A stretch of DNA of 63,182 nucleotides, counting the filler, from Chiloscyllium plagiosum (lineage: Eukaryota), in assembly GCF_004010195.1 (NCBI RefSeq). It is 4 parts of one record of this genome, joined end to end, with 100 filler letters (N's around TTAATTAATTAA, not from the genome) between each part and the next. Parts side by side here need not be neighbours in the genome. Positions count along the whole stretch, not along the records: positions 19,278 to 30,407 come from NC_057712.1; positions 30,508 to 56,807 come from NC_057712.1; 2 more parts are not named here. One strand, written 5' to 3'. The notes under the pieces are model-generated. The model saw nothing but the letters and a program-made list of their open reading frames with translations. It searched no databases and had not been told where the DNA came from. This document shows positions 24,697 through 38,095 of the stretch, one piece after another; within the stretch, counting starts at the first letter, position 1, and each line of letters opens with the position of its first letter. Both the position numbers and the translations under genes were made by a program.

Positions 24697-25622
24697 ACCA
24701 ATTTTCTATGTTTCCTTTTGTAACTAAAACATAGGGTAAGCCATGTCTGTTAAACTTGACCCCATATAAGCCTCCCCATGCACGCAAATGAGAATTCTGA
24801 ACTTGCTGCACTGGCCTCGGTTGCCTTGTGTTTTTGTGTAATGCCATCATTTTTGCAAGAAGTCTGTGTGGAATAGATCCTATCCTCCAGCAAATGTGAT
24901 GGTGGTCACGGAGGTGTGGCAGGAGATAAGACACTGCACTCAATCAGTTCAGCTAGAACCCCATCCTTTCCAGGTGCCTCTCTGCTTGCTAAGCAATCAG
25001 AATCTTTTCACTTGCTTGAAAAGGGTAATGTGCTCAACTAGCAATTCAGAGTGACAACTTCGGCAATGGCAAGATCAAATATTCTCATGATTCCATCATA
25101 AATAGGAAGTAGATCTTTATCATGACAGCCAGTTTGGTTTTTGTTAAACATATGTATTTACCAAATACTGGATGAACCTATCCCCCTGCCTACTCTAAGA
25201 CTGTTGTATTTACAATCCATGCAGTGTTCTGGCTTTTGGAATAACATTGTATATCAGGTAGGGTTTTGGTTTTCAGCTTCAGTGACATGTGGCTGGTCCA
25301 ACTGTGGAATTAGGCAGTTCAAGTGAATCAAGCGTCACAGAGTACATTCAGAGGACAATGACACATAATATAAGGTTCAGGTTGGCTACAGAAAACGATA
25401 AAGGAACAATCAAATGCAAAAATGACTAAGCGGAGGATGAAAAAGGGATCAATTTCAATGAAGGCGAGAATACATCTGGGATGACTGAAACCAAAGATGT
25501 ACGGGGAAAGCAGCAACTGCAAAATGAGATGCCTTTAGAGTGGACAGAGTTCAAAGTTTGTGAGATTTGTAGCTCGGGTGCTCGTTGTTGTGGTTCTGTT
25601 CGCCGAGCTGGGAATTTGTGTT

Positions 25623-25662
25623 GCAGATGTTTCGTCCCCTGTCTAGGTGACATCCTCAGTGC
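25623..25662 (-). ncRNA. Minimal hammerhead ribozyme motif (AUC triplet)
   Basis: GCA-CTGAGGA-T-GTCACCT/AGAC/AGGGGAC-GAAAC-ATC-TGC on the minus strand. Confidence 0.7.
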
Positions 25663-25930
25663 TTGGGAGCCTCCAGTGAAGCGCTTCTGTGATGTATCCT
25701 CTGGCATTTATAGTGGTTTATCTCTGCCGCTTCCAGTTGTCAGTTCCAGCTGTCCGTTGCAGTGGTCGGTATATTGGGTCCAGGTCGATATGCTCATTGA
25801 TTGAATCTGTACCGACCAATATACTGACCACTGCAGCGGATAGCTGCAACTGACAACCGGAAGCGGCATAGACAAACCATTATAAATGCCGGAGGAAACA
25901 TCACAGAAGTGCTTCACAGGAGGCTCCCAA

Positions 25931-25970
25931 GCACTGAGGATGTCACCTAGACAGGGGACGAAACGTCTGC
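25931..25970 (+). ncRNA. Minimal hammerhead ribozyme motif (GUC triplet), best-formed copy
   Basis: GCA-CTGAGGA-T-GTCACCT/AGAC/AGGGGAC-GAAAC-GTC-TGC: stem I GCA/TGC, 7-bp stem II with one mismatch, palindromic ACGT in place of stem III. Confidence 0.8.
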
Positions 25971-27274
25971 AACACAAACTCCCAGCTCGGCGAGCAGAAC
26001 CACAAAGAGTGGACAGAGTTGGATATAAATCCAGAGTTCATGGTGTGACAAAAGACATAGTAACAAATTAGAAAAAAGACATATGAGAAATTAGGTGGAT
26101 AATATCAGACTGTCATGGCACATTCAGCCCATTGTGCCTACACTTAATCATCTTGTGCCAATCCCTGCCTTTTCAGCGGATATCCCTGCATATCATTTCT
26201 ATATAACCATCCAATGCCCTCTTGAATGCCTCAATTGAACCTGACTCCAGCACATTTCTAGGCAGCATACTTGATCATATGCAGGTAAATACGATTTAGA
26301 ATCAAACTGAAGTAGAACATTCTGGGAGAAAAAGTGAAAAAAAAAGCAAGTGGGGGGCAGAAAAATTCATGTGCAAAATAAGGAATCTATGGAAAAGCAC
26401 AACATTTAAGAAAGGTTACCCTTAAATATGGTTTTCCATCACTACTTCTTCACATATATAATGCTCAAAAAGCAGTGGGCACTAATAGAAGCTGAGTGGC
26501 AAAAGAACAAGACAAAATGCAGCTAGTGGTTATGAAACTGAATTAACTGGCTGAGAGCCTGGTGAAGGCAGATTCAAATCAAGGCTTGCGTGGCATGTGA
26601 CTGAGGGGATAGCTGGCGGGTTGTCTTGTCGGCATTTTTAACTGCGATGTAAAGATTTTTGTACAAAGGAAAGACTGTCTCCTTTGTTCAGAGAGAACTT
26701 TTGCCATGACCTTGTAAGGCCTGCGAGGTGTGTTAAAAGTTCCACCAAAGTCTGTACTGTACTCATTTAATAAACTTGGTTGCTTGTTCACAGAAGTTGG
26801 CGTTTGCAGTTGCATCCAGTACATAAGAATCTCAAGAGTAAAAGAATTAATAATACTCAGAGCAGATTTTACCATTATAGAATATTACCAGCTAGAATAA
26901 TTCACTTCCTCCATAACTTGGTGCTGAGAGATTATTGTAGTTGGACAAATTTGATTTAGATGGGTGTCTCTTTTCCAAGATGTTCAAAAATCATCAAAAA
27001 AAAAGGACTGGAGCCACAGAATGCTGCAAAGGATAATCAGCTTTTACAACATTCTGATAATAATACTCAAGATATGCTCCAGAAACAGTAGTGCTCCCAG
27101 CCAAACCATTCCATCACAAGTTACTTAGAGATGAGCTGGCTAATTACCGCTCTATCATTCCACAATCCAAAGTGATCGAAGGGTTCATTGAAAATGCCAT
27201 CAAGCTGCATTAGAAAAGGAATAACTTGTTTCTGACATGGAATTTGAGTTGTACATGGGCCAGTCAGCTCCTGA

Positions 27275-29055
27275 TCTGAGTCATACAGCATGGAAACAGA
27301 CTCTTCATTTCGACTAGGCCATGATGACCATGCTCCCAAACTAAACTAGTCCCATCTGCCTGTTTTTGGACCATATCCCTCCAAACATTTCCTATTCATG
27401 TACATATCCATGCCTTTCAAATGTTGTAAACATATCTGCATTCACCAATTCCTCTGGTAGTTCATTCCACACACTAGCCGGTGTGTTAAAAATGCTGCCC
27501 CTACATCCTTTCTAAATCTCTCACCTTAAAAATATGTTCTCGAGTTTTGAACTTCCCCACTCTAGGGAAAAGACCTTTGCTATCCATCTTCTCTATGAAC
27601 CTCATGATTTTATCAACTTCTATAAGATCACCCCTCAACTTCCTACACTCTAATGAAAAAGGTTCCAGCCTATCTTTCTAACTCAAATCATCCATTCCCA
27701 ACAGCATCCTCACAAAGCTTTTCTGAACCCTTTCCAATTCAATAGTATCCTTCCTATAGCAGGGCGACCAGAAATGCACACTACAGGTTGTTCTGCTTAT
27801 AACGCATGTTTCATCAACGTGAACTTGCTGTAACGAGATTGAAGAATTGTTGAAATTGTGTCTAATCGCAAACTTTTAAATCTGTTTTGGCAGTAATGAG
27901 ATTACATCACCAACACTAAGTGCTATTCCTAAAGCATGATTTTTGTGTAACATGGGGTTGCACAAAAACCCAACCATTGTGTTATCGAAGAACTGACTGC
28001 ACTTGAGGCCTCACTAATGTCCTGTTCAATGTTAACACAATATCTCAAGTCTGATAATCAAAAGGTCTGAGTAATGAAGGCAAGCATAATAAACATGTTT
28101 ACTACCTTATTCACCTGTGATGCAAATTTCACAGATTAATATACCTGAACCTTGAGGTTTCTCCGATCTACAACACTACCGAGTGCCCAACCATTAACTG
28201 TTTCAATCCTGCCATTGTTTGTTTTACCAAAATGCAATACCTCTCATTTATACAAATTCAACTCCATCTGCCACTCCTCAGCCCATTGATCAAGATTACT
28301 TCACAATCTTAGATAACATTCTTCACCATCCATAACATCAATTTTAGTGCCTGAATGTCCTTTATATAAATGATACGCAAAAGCGGATGCAGTTCCTATC
28401 CCAGTAGAACACCACTGGTCACAGGCTCTAATTCAAAAAACAAACTTTCACCATCATCCTGTCTAACAAAGCTAATTTTTTATCCAACTGGCTAGCTCTC
28501 CCTGAACCCTATGTGACCTAACTTTACTAATTAGTCTACCATATAGAACATTATCAAAGGCTTTACTGGAGTCCAAGTAAACAATGTCTACTGCTGTCAA
28601 TCGTTTTAGTTACTTCCTCAAAAAGCTCAATCAGGTTTGTGACACATGATTCCCTTGCACAAAACCATGCTGACCATCTCTATTCATTCCTTGACTCTTC
28701 AAATACATGTAATCCTACATTTCAGAATCACCTTCAAAAACTTAACCACCATCGAGGTCAGATTAACATGTCAAAGGTTCCCAGGGTTTTCCTTACAGCC
28801 TTTCTTAAATAAAGGCACAACACAGCCACTCTCCACTCTGCCAGCACCTCACATGGTTATAGGTGACACGAATATTTCTGCTAGGGGCCCCACAATTTCC
28901 TCCCGAACTTGCCACAACATCGTGGGGTACATTTTGTCAGGTTCTGGAGGTTTATCCCCACAACCTCTTGCACTTCCTCTTTCATAATGTAAACGGTTTT
29001 CAAAACATCAATATTATTTCCAAGTTCTCTAGCCTCCATTTCTTTTCTCCACAGT
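27275..29055 (-). mobile_element. Degenerate CR1 LINE (RT to tail) containing a MITE
   Basis: Tail at ~27280; reverse complement of the QHGFVQG.SC.TNLIE region at ~28630-28670. Confidence 0.8.
27784..27999. mobile_element. Tigger/pogo-like MITE inserted in CR1
   Basis: TA|CAGGTTGTTCTGCTTATAACG ... TGTTATCGAAGAACTGACTG imperfect TIRs. Confidence 0.65.
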
Positions 29056-29064
29056 AAAATGTGT

Positions 29065-30195
29065 CAGAGTAGTACAGCATGAAGACCGGGCCTTTAGCCC
29101 AAACTGGTGCATCGACACTAACCCAATTTCACTGCTCCTGTTCTATATCCTCCTAAATCTTTCTTATCCATGTATTTGTCCAAATACCTTTTAAATGTTG
29201 TTCATGTACCTGCCTCAAACATTTTCATTAGCAGCTCATTCAATATATGTACCACCCTCCCATAAAAAAGCTGCTCCTCGAACTCCCATCTATTCTTTCC
29301 CCTCTAACCCTTGATTCCCCAACCCTGGGAAAAAAGACTGAGTGCATTCACCTTATCCATGCCTCTCATGATCTTATACACCTCTAAAAATCTCCCCTCA
29401 GTCTCCTATGCTCGAAAGAAAAAAGCCCTAACTTATCCAACCTCTCCCTATAACTTAGTCCCTAGAGTCCTGGGAATATCCTTGTTAATTTCTTCTGCAC
29501 TCTTTCCAATTTAATAACATCCTTGTAGCAAGGTGACTAAAACTCTATACAGTACTCCAATGGAGGCCTCACCAATGTCCTGAAAAACTGTAATAGTGCT
29601 TTCCAATTTCTATACTCCATGCCCTGACTGATGAAAGCCAGTGTGCCAAAAGCCACCTTCACTGTCGTGTCTACCTGTGACTCCACGTTCAGAGAGGCAT
29701 GCACCTGAGGTCCAAGATCCCTCTGTCCCACTATATTCCTTAAAGCCCGACCATTCACCATGAAACTCTGACCTTGATTTGACTTTCCAAAATGTAAGAC
29801 CTCACACTTATTAATATTAAACTCCATTTGTCATTTCTCAGCCCACTTCCTCAACTGATCAAGGCCCTGCTGCAGTGTCTGATAATCTTCCTCACTGCCC
29901 ATGATACCACCTATTTTAATGTCATCTGCAAACTTACTAATCATGCCTTGTACATTCTCATCAAAATCATTGATATAGATAACAAACAACAATGGGCCCA
30001 GCACCGACCCCTGAGACACTCCACTAGTCACAGACCTTCAGACCCACAAGCATCTTCTCACTATTGCCCTCTGCTTCCAAGCCAATGGTGCAATAAATTT
30101 GCCAGCTGCCCCTGGATTCTGTGTGATCTAACCTTCCAGAGCAGTCTACCACATGGAACCTTATAAAAAGGTCTCACTGAAATCTATATAGATGA
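29065..30195 (-). mobile_element. CR1 LINE 3' fragment
   Basis: SGVSQGSVLGPLLFVIYINDFD, SKFADDIKIGG and KCEVLHFG peptides. Confidence 0.9.
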
Positions 30196-30197
30196 CG

Positions 30198-30407
30198 TAA
30201 AAAGGTAAAAACAATGACTGCAGATGCTGGAAACCAGATTCTGGATCAGTGGTGCTGGAAGAGCACAGCAATTCAGGCAGCATCCGACGAGCAGCAAAAT
30301 TGACGTTTCGGGCAAAAGCCCTTCATCAGGAATAAAGGCAGAGAGCCGGAAGCGTGGAGAGATAAGCTAGGGGAGGGTGGGGGTGGGGATAGAGTAGCAT
30401 AGAGTAT
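30198..30407 (-). mobile_element. Family A element running into the gap
   Basis: Close reverse complement of 758-891 plus additional upstream sequence. Confidence 0.85.
30298..30333 (-). ncRNA. Minimal hammerhead ribozyme motif
   Basis: ATTC-CTGATGA-A-GGGC/TTTT/GCCC-GAAAC-GTC-AATT on the minus strand. Confidence 0.65.
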
Positions 30408-30507
30408 NNNNNNNNNNNNNNNNNNNNNNNNNNNNNNNNNNNNNNNNNNNNTTAATTAATTAANNNNNNNNNNNNNNNNNNNNNNNNNNNNNNNNNNNNN
30501 NNNNNNN
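30408..30507. other. Scaffold gap with TTAATTAATTAA linker
   Basis: 44 N + 12-mer + 44 N. Confidence 0.97.
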
Positions 30508-30999
30508 AAGGGTGAGGGAAAGGTGGAGGAGAGGAACGGTGAAGGGGGGGGAGGAAGATGCGTTGGAGGGGCAGATGCAGTAAAGGAGAGCGGGGCAGTG
30601 GGTGCTTGAAGGGTCATGATGGGATGGGAATGTTGAAGTAGGGTTGTAAAGGATATACAGATATAGCACTAAGTTACAGGAATGTGACTTGATTTTAAAA
30701 CCAACATTCTCTCACCAATCGGGTCCTCATCATTAGCAGAATGCAAGGCTTAAGGCTTAATTGATCTTACCATGGAATGTCTTCCTAGCAATGTTTTGAA
30801 TGCTGAAAAATATTGCGGAAGTAATAAGAATGCTTGAACATACCTTTCGTGGGGTGAACTGTAATGTGCTGGAAGATCAGCATTTGTAGCTTTCTCAGTA
30901 ACTGGATCATTACTTTTTCCTTTTCAGGTGAAAGAGTTGCGAGCTTGGGATTAACACTCATCAAGTAGTCCAGATGTCTCTTGATTGTCTGAAATGACA

Positions 31000-32990
31000 G
31001 AGTAGAGTCATTATGGCACAGAAAAAGGGCTTATGGCCTATTGGGTCTGTGTCATCTCAATGTAGAGCAATACATCAGTCACATTACCCTCAAACCTCCT
31101 GCCGAATGTGTTCTGTAGCTTCCAAGTTTATTTCCACCAAATACTCACACAATTTTCAATTTGAGACCATGCTTGTAAAGAGAGTTCCAGGCCTTTACAC
31201 CAGTGACAGTAAAAGATCATCTCTCGACCAAAGTTTTATCTCTGTGCCTCTCAGTCCTTACACAATAAACTAACATGAGCAAATTTTCTTCGTCTATCTC
31301 ATCTAAACTCATCACAAATTGCTAACAAGGACAAGCAAATCTTCTTTTCAATTGTCTTTGCTTGAAGGAGAATAAACTCAACTACTCAAATCTAACCTTG
31401 CCACTAAAATTCACATTCCTGGAACCTTCTGGGTAAGCTCAGATCCTCCCTACAGTCTGATGCAATACTCCAATTGTGAACTAACCAGAGCTTAATCAGG
31501 TTGAATGTATCTTCTGCTTTGTACTCAATACTTCTAATTTTGAAGCTCCAGATCCAACATACTTTGCAAAACATTCTTTCAGCATATCCTGTCACATTCA
31601 AGGATCTTTGCACAGACCTACCCACAGCCCTCTCACACTCCTATACACACTCTAAAATTGAAGTAGTAAATTTCTATTGCCTATTCCTTCCATCAAAAAT
31701 CATTACCTCACATTTCTCTGCATAATTCTATCTGTGACTTGCCTACCCATTCTGCTAGCTTATGTGATGCTGCAGTCAATTTGTATCCATCTTGCTTTTA
31801 CCACAACTTCAAACCCGGCATCAACAAGGTTTGAAGCTTTGTACTTCAAAATCTAAGACAGGTCTAAGTTGTTCCAAAAGTCAAGAAGCAACAGTCCTAA
31901 TACTGAACCTTCAGGTACATGGCTATCTTCCAGTCTGGAAAAGTAGGCATTTGCCGTGTCTCACTGTTTTCTGTCCTTAAGTCAAATATCGTGCCCAAAT
32001 TGACCCACCTAATCCATAAGCCTCAATTATTTTAACCAGTTTTTTTTGTCTATATTATCAAATACTTAAAATCTGTTTCGACAATATCTTGACTTGTCTT
32101 CCATTCGTCAATCCTGAGCATAAAGTTCAAAATATATCCAATTACTGCTTCTGACAAATTCGCACTGCTTCTCCTTTGTAAAATCCACTTTGAATGCCTT
32201 TTTTTTGCAAAAGGTTTTTGAAACCTAATCACCAATTTTAAACTGAACAGCCTAGAAATATCCTCTCTCACATTCTAAAATTAGACTGTCATCTTTGCCA
32301 CTGTCCAATCTTCTGACACGTCAATATCTAGGGAAGATTACAACATGCCTTTCCAGTATCACCACCACCCATGATTCCTTTAACAATCCAGATCAGGCAA
32401 CCTACTTATTCTAAGCATAGCCAGCCATTCCAATAGACCCGGTCTATCAATTAGCATGGCCATCTTTGAGATCACACTTTTGAATGTCTTCCAAGCTCTT
32501 GGAAGATTTGACGATAGGACTGTCAATAATTATCTTCTTAATGTTATCAATCCCAACATACATCACAATCTTGCGCTCACCTCCTTCTTCTACTGGATAT
32601 CCTTCATCCTCTCTATAAAGTATTTTATCCTGGGATCAGGAGACAACACATGTGGGACTTACAATTATGGTTACAGAAATGTCTGTCTGTTCCTCTGAAC
32701 TATGGAATCTCCTATAACATCTGCACTTCTACTCTTTGCTGATTCCTACTTGGCAAATCTTTGGCTATTCCTGCTCAGTCTGGACAGCACTGCACACTTC
32801 AATGTGTTGCCATTCCCAGTAACCTCGAAGGCTGAGAACAGGTTTGGCAGCAGCACACGTCCCCTTCAGTGTATCCACCATGCCTTCTGCTATTTTGTAT
32901 TGCCACTTATCATCTATTCAGAACTGTCTGTGCCTATGGGTAAACCACCTCCTGAAACACATGAACCAAAAGAATCTCATCATCCTTGAC
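31000..32990 (-). mobile_element. Highly decayed CR1 LINE remnants, including ORF1 traces at ~32620-32980
   Basis: IKLWLVHNWSIA-like and aatgtgaggtaatgatttt remnants; gttataggagattccatagtt (VIGDSIV) on the minus strand. Confidence 0.6.
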
Positions 32991-32999
32991 ACTATGTGA

Positions 33000-33130
33000 T
33001 GAGCAGAAGGTGAGGACTGCAGATGCTGGACATCAGAGTGGAAAAGTCTGGTGCTGGAAAAGCACAGCAAGTCAGGCAGCATCCAAGAGCAAGACAGGAA
33101 GTTTCAGTCATAAGCCCTTTGTCAGGAACC
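33000..33130 (-). mobile_element. Family A mini-element, degenerate
   Basis: gactgcagatgctgg...ggtgctggaaaagcacagc...gtttcagtcataagccctttgtcaggaa. Confidence 0.75.
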
Positions 33131-36100
33131 TGATAATGACACCCTTTCAGACAGTGACGTCCAGTGTCCAATCACCCTCTGATTGAAAAACGTTCTCTCA
33201 TCAACAAACCCTTAGCCTTTACCTCTGACCTTAATCTATACTGCCTAGTTACTGACCCTTTCAGTAGGAGAAAAATTGCTTTCCTATACACCCTTTGCCT
33301 CTCATAATCCTATACATCGCTATCAGATCCTACTCAACCTTCACTGTTCCAGGAAATCTTAAGCTCTCTCTAATCTTTCCTCATAGCTCAGGAAGTGTTC
33401 CTGGAACACCTTCCTAATGGCATTGCTGGTCTTTCTCAATGGCAACTTGGAATCAGCAATAAATGCTGGCCTCGCCAGACACCCACATCCCATGGAAGAC
33501 TAAAAACAAACCTTCCAGTCCATCCTGGTAAATCTCATCTGCATCCTCTTCAGTGCCATTGTATGATACTCTTCAGTATCATTTCTATAATGTTCTCACT
33601 GGCCTTCTCCACCACCACCACCCCCTTTTTTTAAACTACTATTATCTGTCACTTTTCTCCCTTAGATTCTCACACCCTACCATCAGTTTTAACTACAATA
33701 TGGTTCTCTGATACTGTCCACCCTTAGGCCAATTCTGTCAGGTTCATACCAATTCCCTATCTCCACATTTAGCGATGGGTCTCTGGCATTTTCTCCATCA
33801 GGTCTGTTCACTTTAGTCCTTCAGTAGCACTTTAAAACTGTGGGGCTCCAGCATTGTTTTCTCTTAGGGTTGTGCTCTCTCCCCATGAAAATGGAGGAAC
33901 TGATAAACATTAAATTGTATGCTTCATGCCAATATACTGCTTTACTAGGGGTGATCCTCGTAATCCAAAGACATGGACAATTTTTCTTCCCCGAAAACTG
34001 TTTAAATCTCAGCATGGATTGACAATTTGAATTCTTTTTGAAAAGTGACATTAATAAGAGTCAGAAATTGATCTGTCAGAAATTGATGGAAAAGCCAAAT
34101 ATCCCTGAAATCCCATACCCAATGTCTTTAATCCAATGTGGGTTACGAGAGTTCAATCTTTGCTTATGTTGCTCACTGACCAACCTGGTTTTCACAACCA
34201 TTCTCAGGACAATGAGGGATGGGCAATAAATAAACCCAATGGTAATGAATATTAAAACACCTTTCAACTATGAGTAAAATTTTCATAAAATGGTGAGAAC
34301 TAATTGGCACTTAATATGTCCAAAAAACTGTATCAGTCCATCAGAAGCATTTCCTATTATCCATCATTTAGTAAGAAACATTTTTTCACAGATTATGTGA
34401 AAACAAAGCAACAGAGCACAGAAGACATTTGCCCTACCATACACAAGATGACTTCTGGAAAAAGCTATCCAATTATTCTCTTGGAGGTATGATAACTCGG
34501 GTTAACATTTATATCAGTTTATTTGCTAATCTGCTAATAGCAATGCTGGCTAAAGGCAAGACTGGAAACCTTTTGTACCCATGACAAAGGCAGTCTGGTG
34601 GAACAGAAGCACTGCATTTGGTCCTTAGCCAAGTAGCCTGCAACATAGAATAAAATTCTGTTTGGATTATTTCTTCATACTGTGGTTATCATCTGGTGCC
34701 CTTATCCATTTGTAAAACTATCATTTACATCATCAGCTTCCACCTAAATAGCATTACTTTTCAGAAGTTTAATGGTATTTAGTTCTACCATTTGCTGACA
34801 ATGGCAGTTGCTGATGTACACTCTGCACCAGATTTTCAAGCCACTCATCAATCCTGCATGAGGAACTTATTCATCCTTGAGTGTTACCAAAATAAAACTT
34901 ACATCAATCAACTTGGTCATCTAAATACTCCACAGAGACTCTGGAATATAGTGAGCACTTCCTATATGGTTCTTGAATAGCCACCATTGTCAAGGAGATC
35001 GAACAGGGACTCAGCTGTGCCAGCTCAGCCTTCTACATGCAATGGCTGCAAGGGTCTAACAACAAGACCCTCAAGTCAACAAAAAGCCTAGCTTTCACAG
35101 CAGTTTTGCCACCATATCTCGACAGTGACGTTATTTGTTATAAGTGACACATTATAGCCCAAAAGAAATTCCGTAATGCATGTCTCCTCTGCATTTAACT
35201 TCAGTGTCCTCTCACATGAAGCTAGCCCCACAAGTATTCAGCTAAGTTCTTGCGAAATCAACTTTAATGAACAAAAGAATGACTTCATGGCACAGAAGTG
35301 TCTCCACCTTCCTTGCTCCATTTTGTTAACTCTCAAATGGACAACATTTAACTGAAAGACAAATAAAGCATTTCAAAAACACTTACAGACTCTCTTGGCA
35401 GAAACTCACAATCAAGTGGACATTATCCTTGAGTCGAGGGACAATTGACTAATGACAGAATTTGTGTCTGCATGGCCAAACATGAACAATGACATTGTTT
35501 GAAACAAAATTATAAAATTGTTTGTGGCAGATAGTCTAGGCACAATGTGTTTAAAAAAATGAATGCTGCAGATAGTTTCAGTAAACATTAAATTGTAGTG
35601 TAGATTTCAATAAGACTGAAAAAAAGACTTAGGCCAATACACTATATTCACTGCTGGCAGTAAATAAAACAGGCAAACACAGCTAAGTGTTACACATAAA
35701 ATAGCTAATTATGAAACAAATTGCAAACTTGATTTAATCTAACAATATTTTCTTTCAATAGTTTAATTGGTATACTTGTGAGTAAAATAGTCACGCCCAG
35801 CACAGGGATACTGACTGCTGGTCAACCATAGAAGTTCTTCTGGGTAGTGTCCTAGATCCAACCATCTTCAAATGTATAATCAATGACCTTCCTTCTATCA
35901 GATCAGAATATGTGTTGACATTTGGAGCGTGTTGAGTTGCATTCACAATTCTTGAGGTAAATGAAGCAGTCCATGCTCACAAGCAAGAGCCATCAGGAAG
36001 CAACCCATTTAAGGCTCTCCAAACCATTCACTTCCAACACCCAAGTGAGGCTGATACATATGAACACTACAGCCTCCAAGTCTTGTCATCCAGACTTCTG

Positions 36101-36948
36101 TTACACCACTGGCACATAATTAAAATCCTGGAACCCTTTATCCAACATTCTGATAGATATATCTTTATCAGAGGAACCGTAGTTGTTCAGGCAGATTGTC
36201 CACCACCAAATCGTCAAAGGCAACTAGGAATGGGGAACAGATATATGCCCTGCCTATGACACACATTCTCAGTGTTAATAAAATAAAATTCCAAAATCAT
36301 TTTATGTATTTGTGCAAGTGCATCCATATTTCGTGGAGACATTGCGAATTTATACCTAATTTATAGGTATGTTGCACATCCTGAAGGCATTTAAAATAAC
36401 ATGCTGTTTGACTTCAGAGTTGTTCAGCAATGAGTGAGAATGAGCGAGCTGCAAGTGACTTAGAAGAACAATGGAAAGCCTCACCCTTTATGACACACTT
36501 GTAGATGTTGCTGTATTGCAGTCTCCACTCAATTTCACTGACGAGTGACAGTGTGTGCATGGTCCTCAAGGACTAAGTTCTAAACAGCCTAGCAATCATC
36601 TAAGTGCAAGGTGGTGTTTAAAAACGTTAGGCCATAATATCACATTTGGTCTCACACAGGGTTATAGTTAACAAATAAAACAAGGCTAATAGTTATTACA
36701 TCTATTATGAAACTCATCATACTCTAGTTTGATGCTCATATGTATGAATGAGTACACAAGCCTGAAATATGTGCAGCAATGCCTCAGTCTCTTCAATTTA
36801 TGCTCCCCAGAGTGGGTATAATTTATGAACCAAGTACAGTTCAATACATTACAATAAACTTTAGCTTTTAAATGCTGAGTTGTTTTGATAATTTTTAACA
36901 TAGTTAACATAATCAAACTCCCTCATTGTATATAGGTCCTTAAACTTC

Positions 36949-38095
36949 AAAGTTAAAAATCACACAACACCAGGTTACAGTCCAACAGGTTTATTTAGAA
37001 GTACAGGAAGACCTCCGAATCCACGAGTCTGGTCCGGGTTGTTACCCGTGGTTTACCACAGCCCGAACATATTCCAGAACCAGGGACCACGGAGCTGCAG
37101 GAAGGTAAATTTCCCATTTAAATAAACGGATTCGCTACTATCCACGGTTTCAGGCTTACGTGGTAGGTCTTGGAACGTATCCCCTGTGGGTACAGGCGGG
37201 ACTACTATAGAGAAGCGCTGCTCCTTCATCAGGTAGCTGTGGAGCACGGTCATAAGACATGCTTTATAGCAAAACATCAGAGTGTCATGCATGCAACCGA
37301 TACAGTGTATTGACAAACCTAGATTGCTGTTAAGTCTGTCATCTTTTAGAATGCAGGTTTTGGTTCATTTATATCTAAATTCCAGAATGCAATTCAAGTC
37401 ATATTCGTGAGATAATTTAAGGCTTTAAAGAAAAAAGTAACATCTCAGCTCAGACAATGCATTATAGGTGTGAGGTTAGAGTCTGGCTGTATCCCAATCT
37501 AGGGTCAGATTGGTTCTATTGCCAAAGTGGGAATTTGTAAAATGTTACATGGATTGATTGCCTGCAGACTGTCTGTTTTTTGAACAAAATATAATGTATC
37601 CACAATTACAATTCTGCAAATACAAATTCACTCCACAGACTTATATGTGTGTGCAAGCATGTGACAGAGAGAGAAGGTATAATGCATCTGGGTCACCTGT
37701 AGTCTGACTCAAGACTGGGATACAGATAGACCCTAACCTCACACTTCTAATGCATTGTCTGAACTGTCACTTTTTAAAATAAATACTTACATTCTCTAGA
37801 GAGGGTGACTTAAAAGTAGTTCTGGCACTTACATATTCATGAACGGAAACCAGCAACCTATTATAAAAGATGAAAGGATTAACAGCAATCTAGGTTTGTT
37901 CAATATATTCTATCAGTGCATGCACGACACTGTGATGTTTTGCTATAAATTCTGTGTCTTATGATCCTGCTCGACAGCTACCTGATGAAGGAGCAGCAAT
38001 CCACAAGCTAGTACATCCAAATAAACCTGCTGGACTATAATATGGTGTTGTCATTTTTAACTTTGTCCACCCCAGTCCAATGCCAGCACCTTGAC
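36949..38095. mobile_element. Family B long fold-back Penelope-related element (arms ~36949-37510 and ~37702-38064)
   Basis: Same termini as 8389-8684; ctacctgatgaaggagcagc hammerhead cores on both arms (minus ~37211-37237, plus 37979-38013). Confidence 0.8.
37004..37207. mobile_element. Tigger-like MITE nested in the family B arm
   Basis: TA-flanked; right end gtcttggaacgtatcccctgtgggtacaggcgggactact resembles Tigger-type TIRs. Confidence 0.65.

Larger units (their letters stand above)
25552..26005. mobile_element. Penelope 3' end with inverted pseudo-LTR (family D), 15-bp TSD, two hammerheads
   Basis: ~190-bp inverted arms (~25587-25780 and ~25814-26005); TSD agagtggacagagtt at 25537-25551 and 26006-26020. 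Confidence 0.9.

Noticed and set aside
35300..35390. Possible PPP2R5D upstream exon near a strong minus-strand acceptor (ctttatttgtctttcag) and a gtaagt
   Set aside because: The donor-acceptor spacing is only ~35 nt and there is no B56-like peptide.
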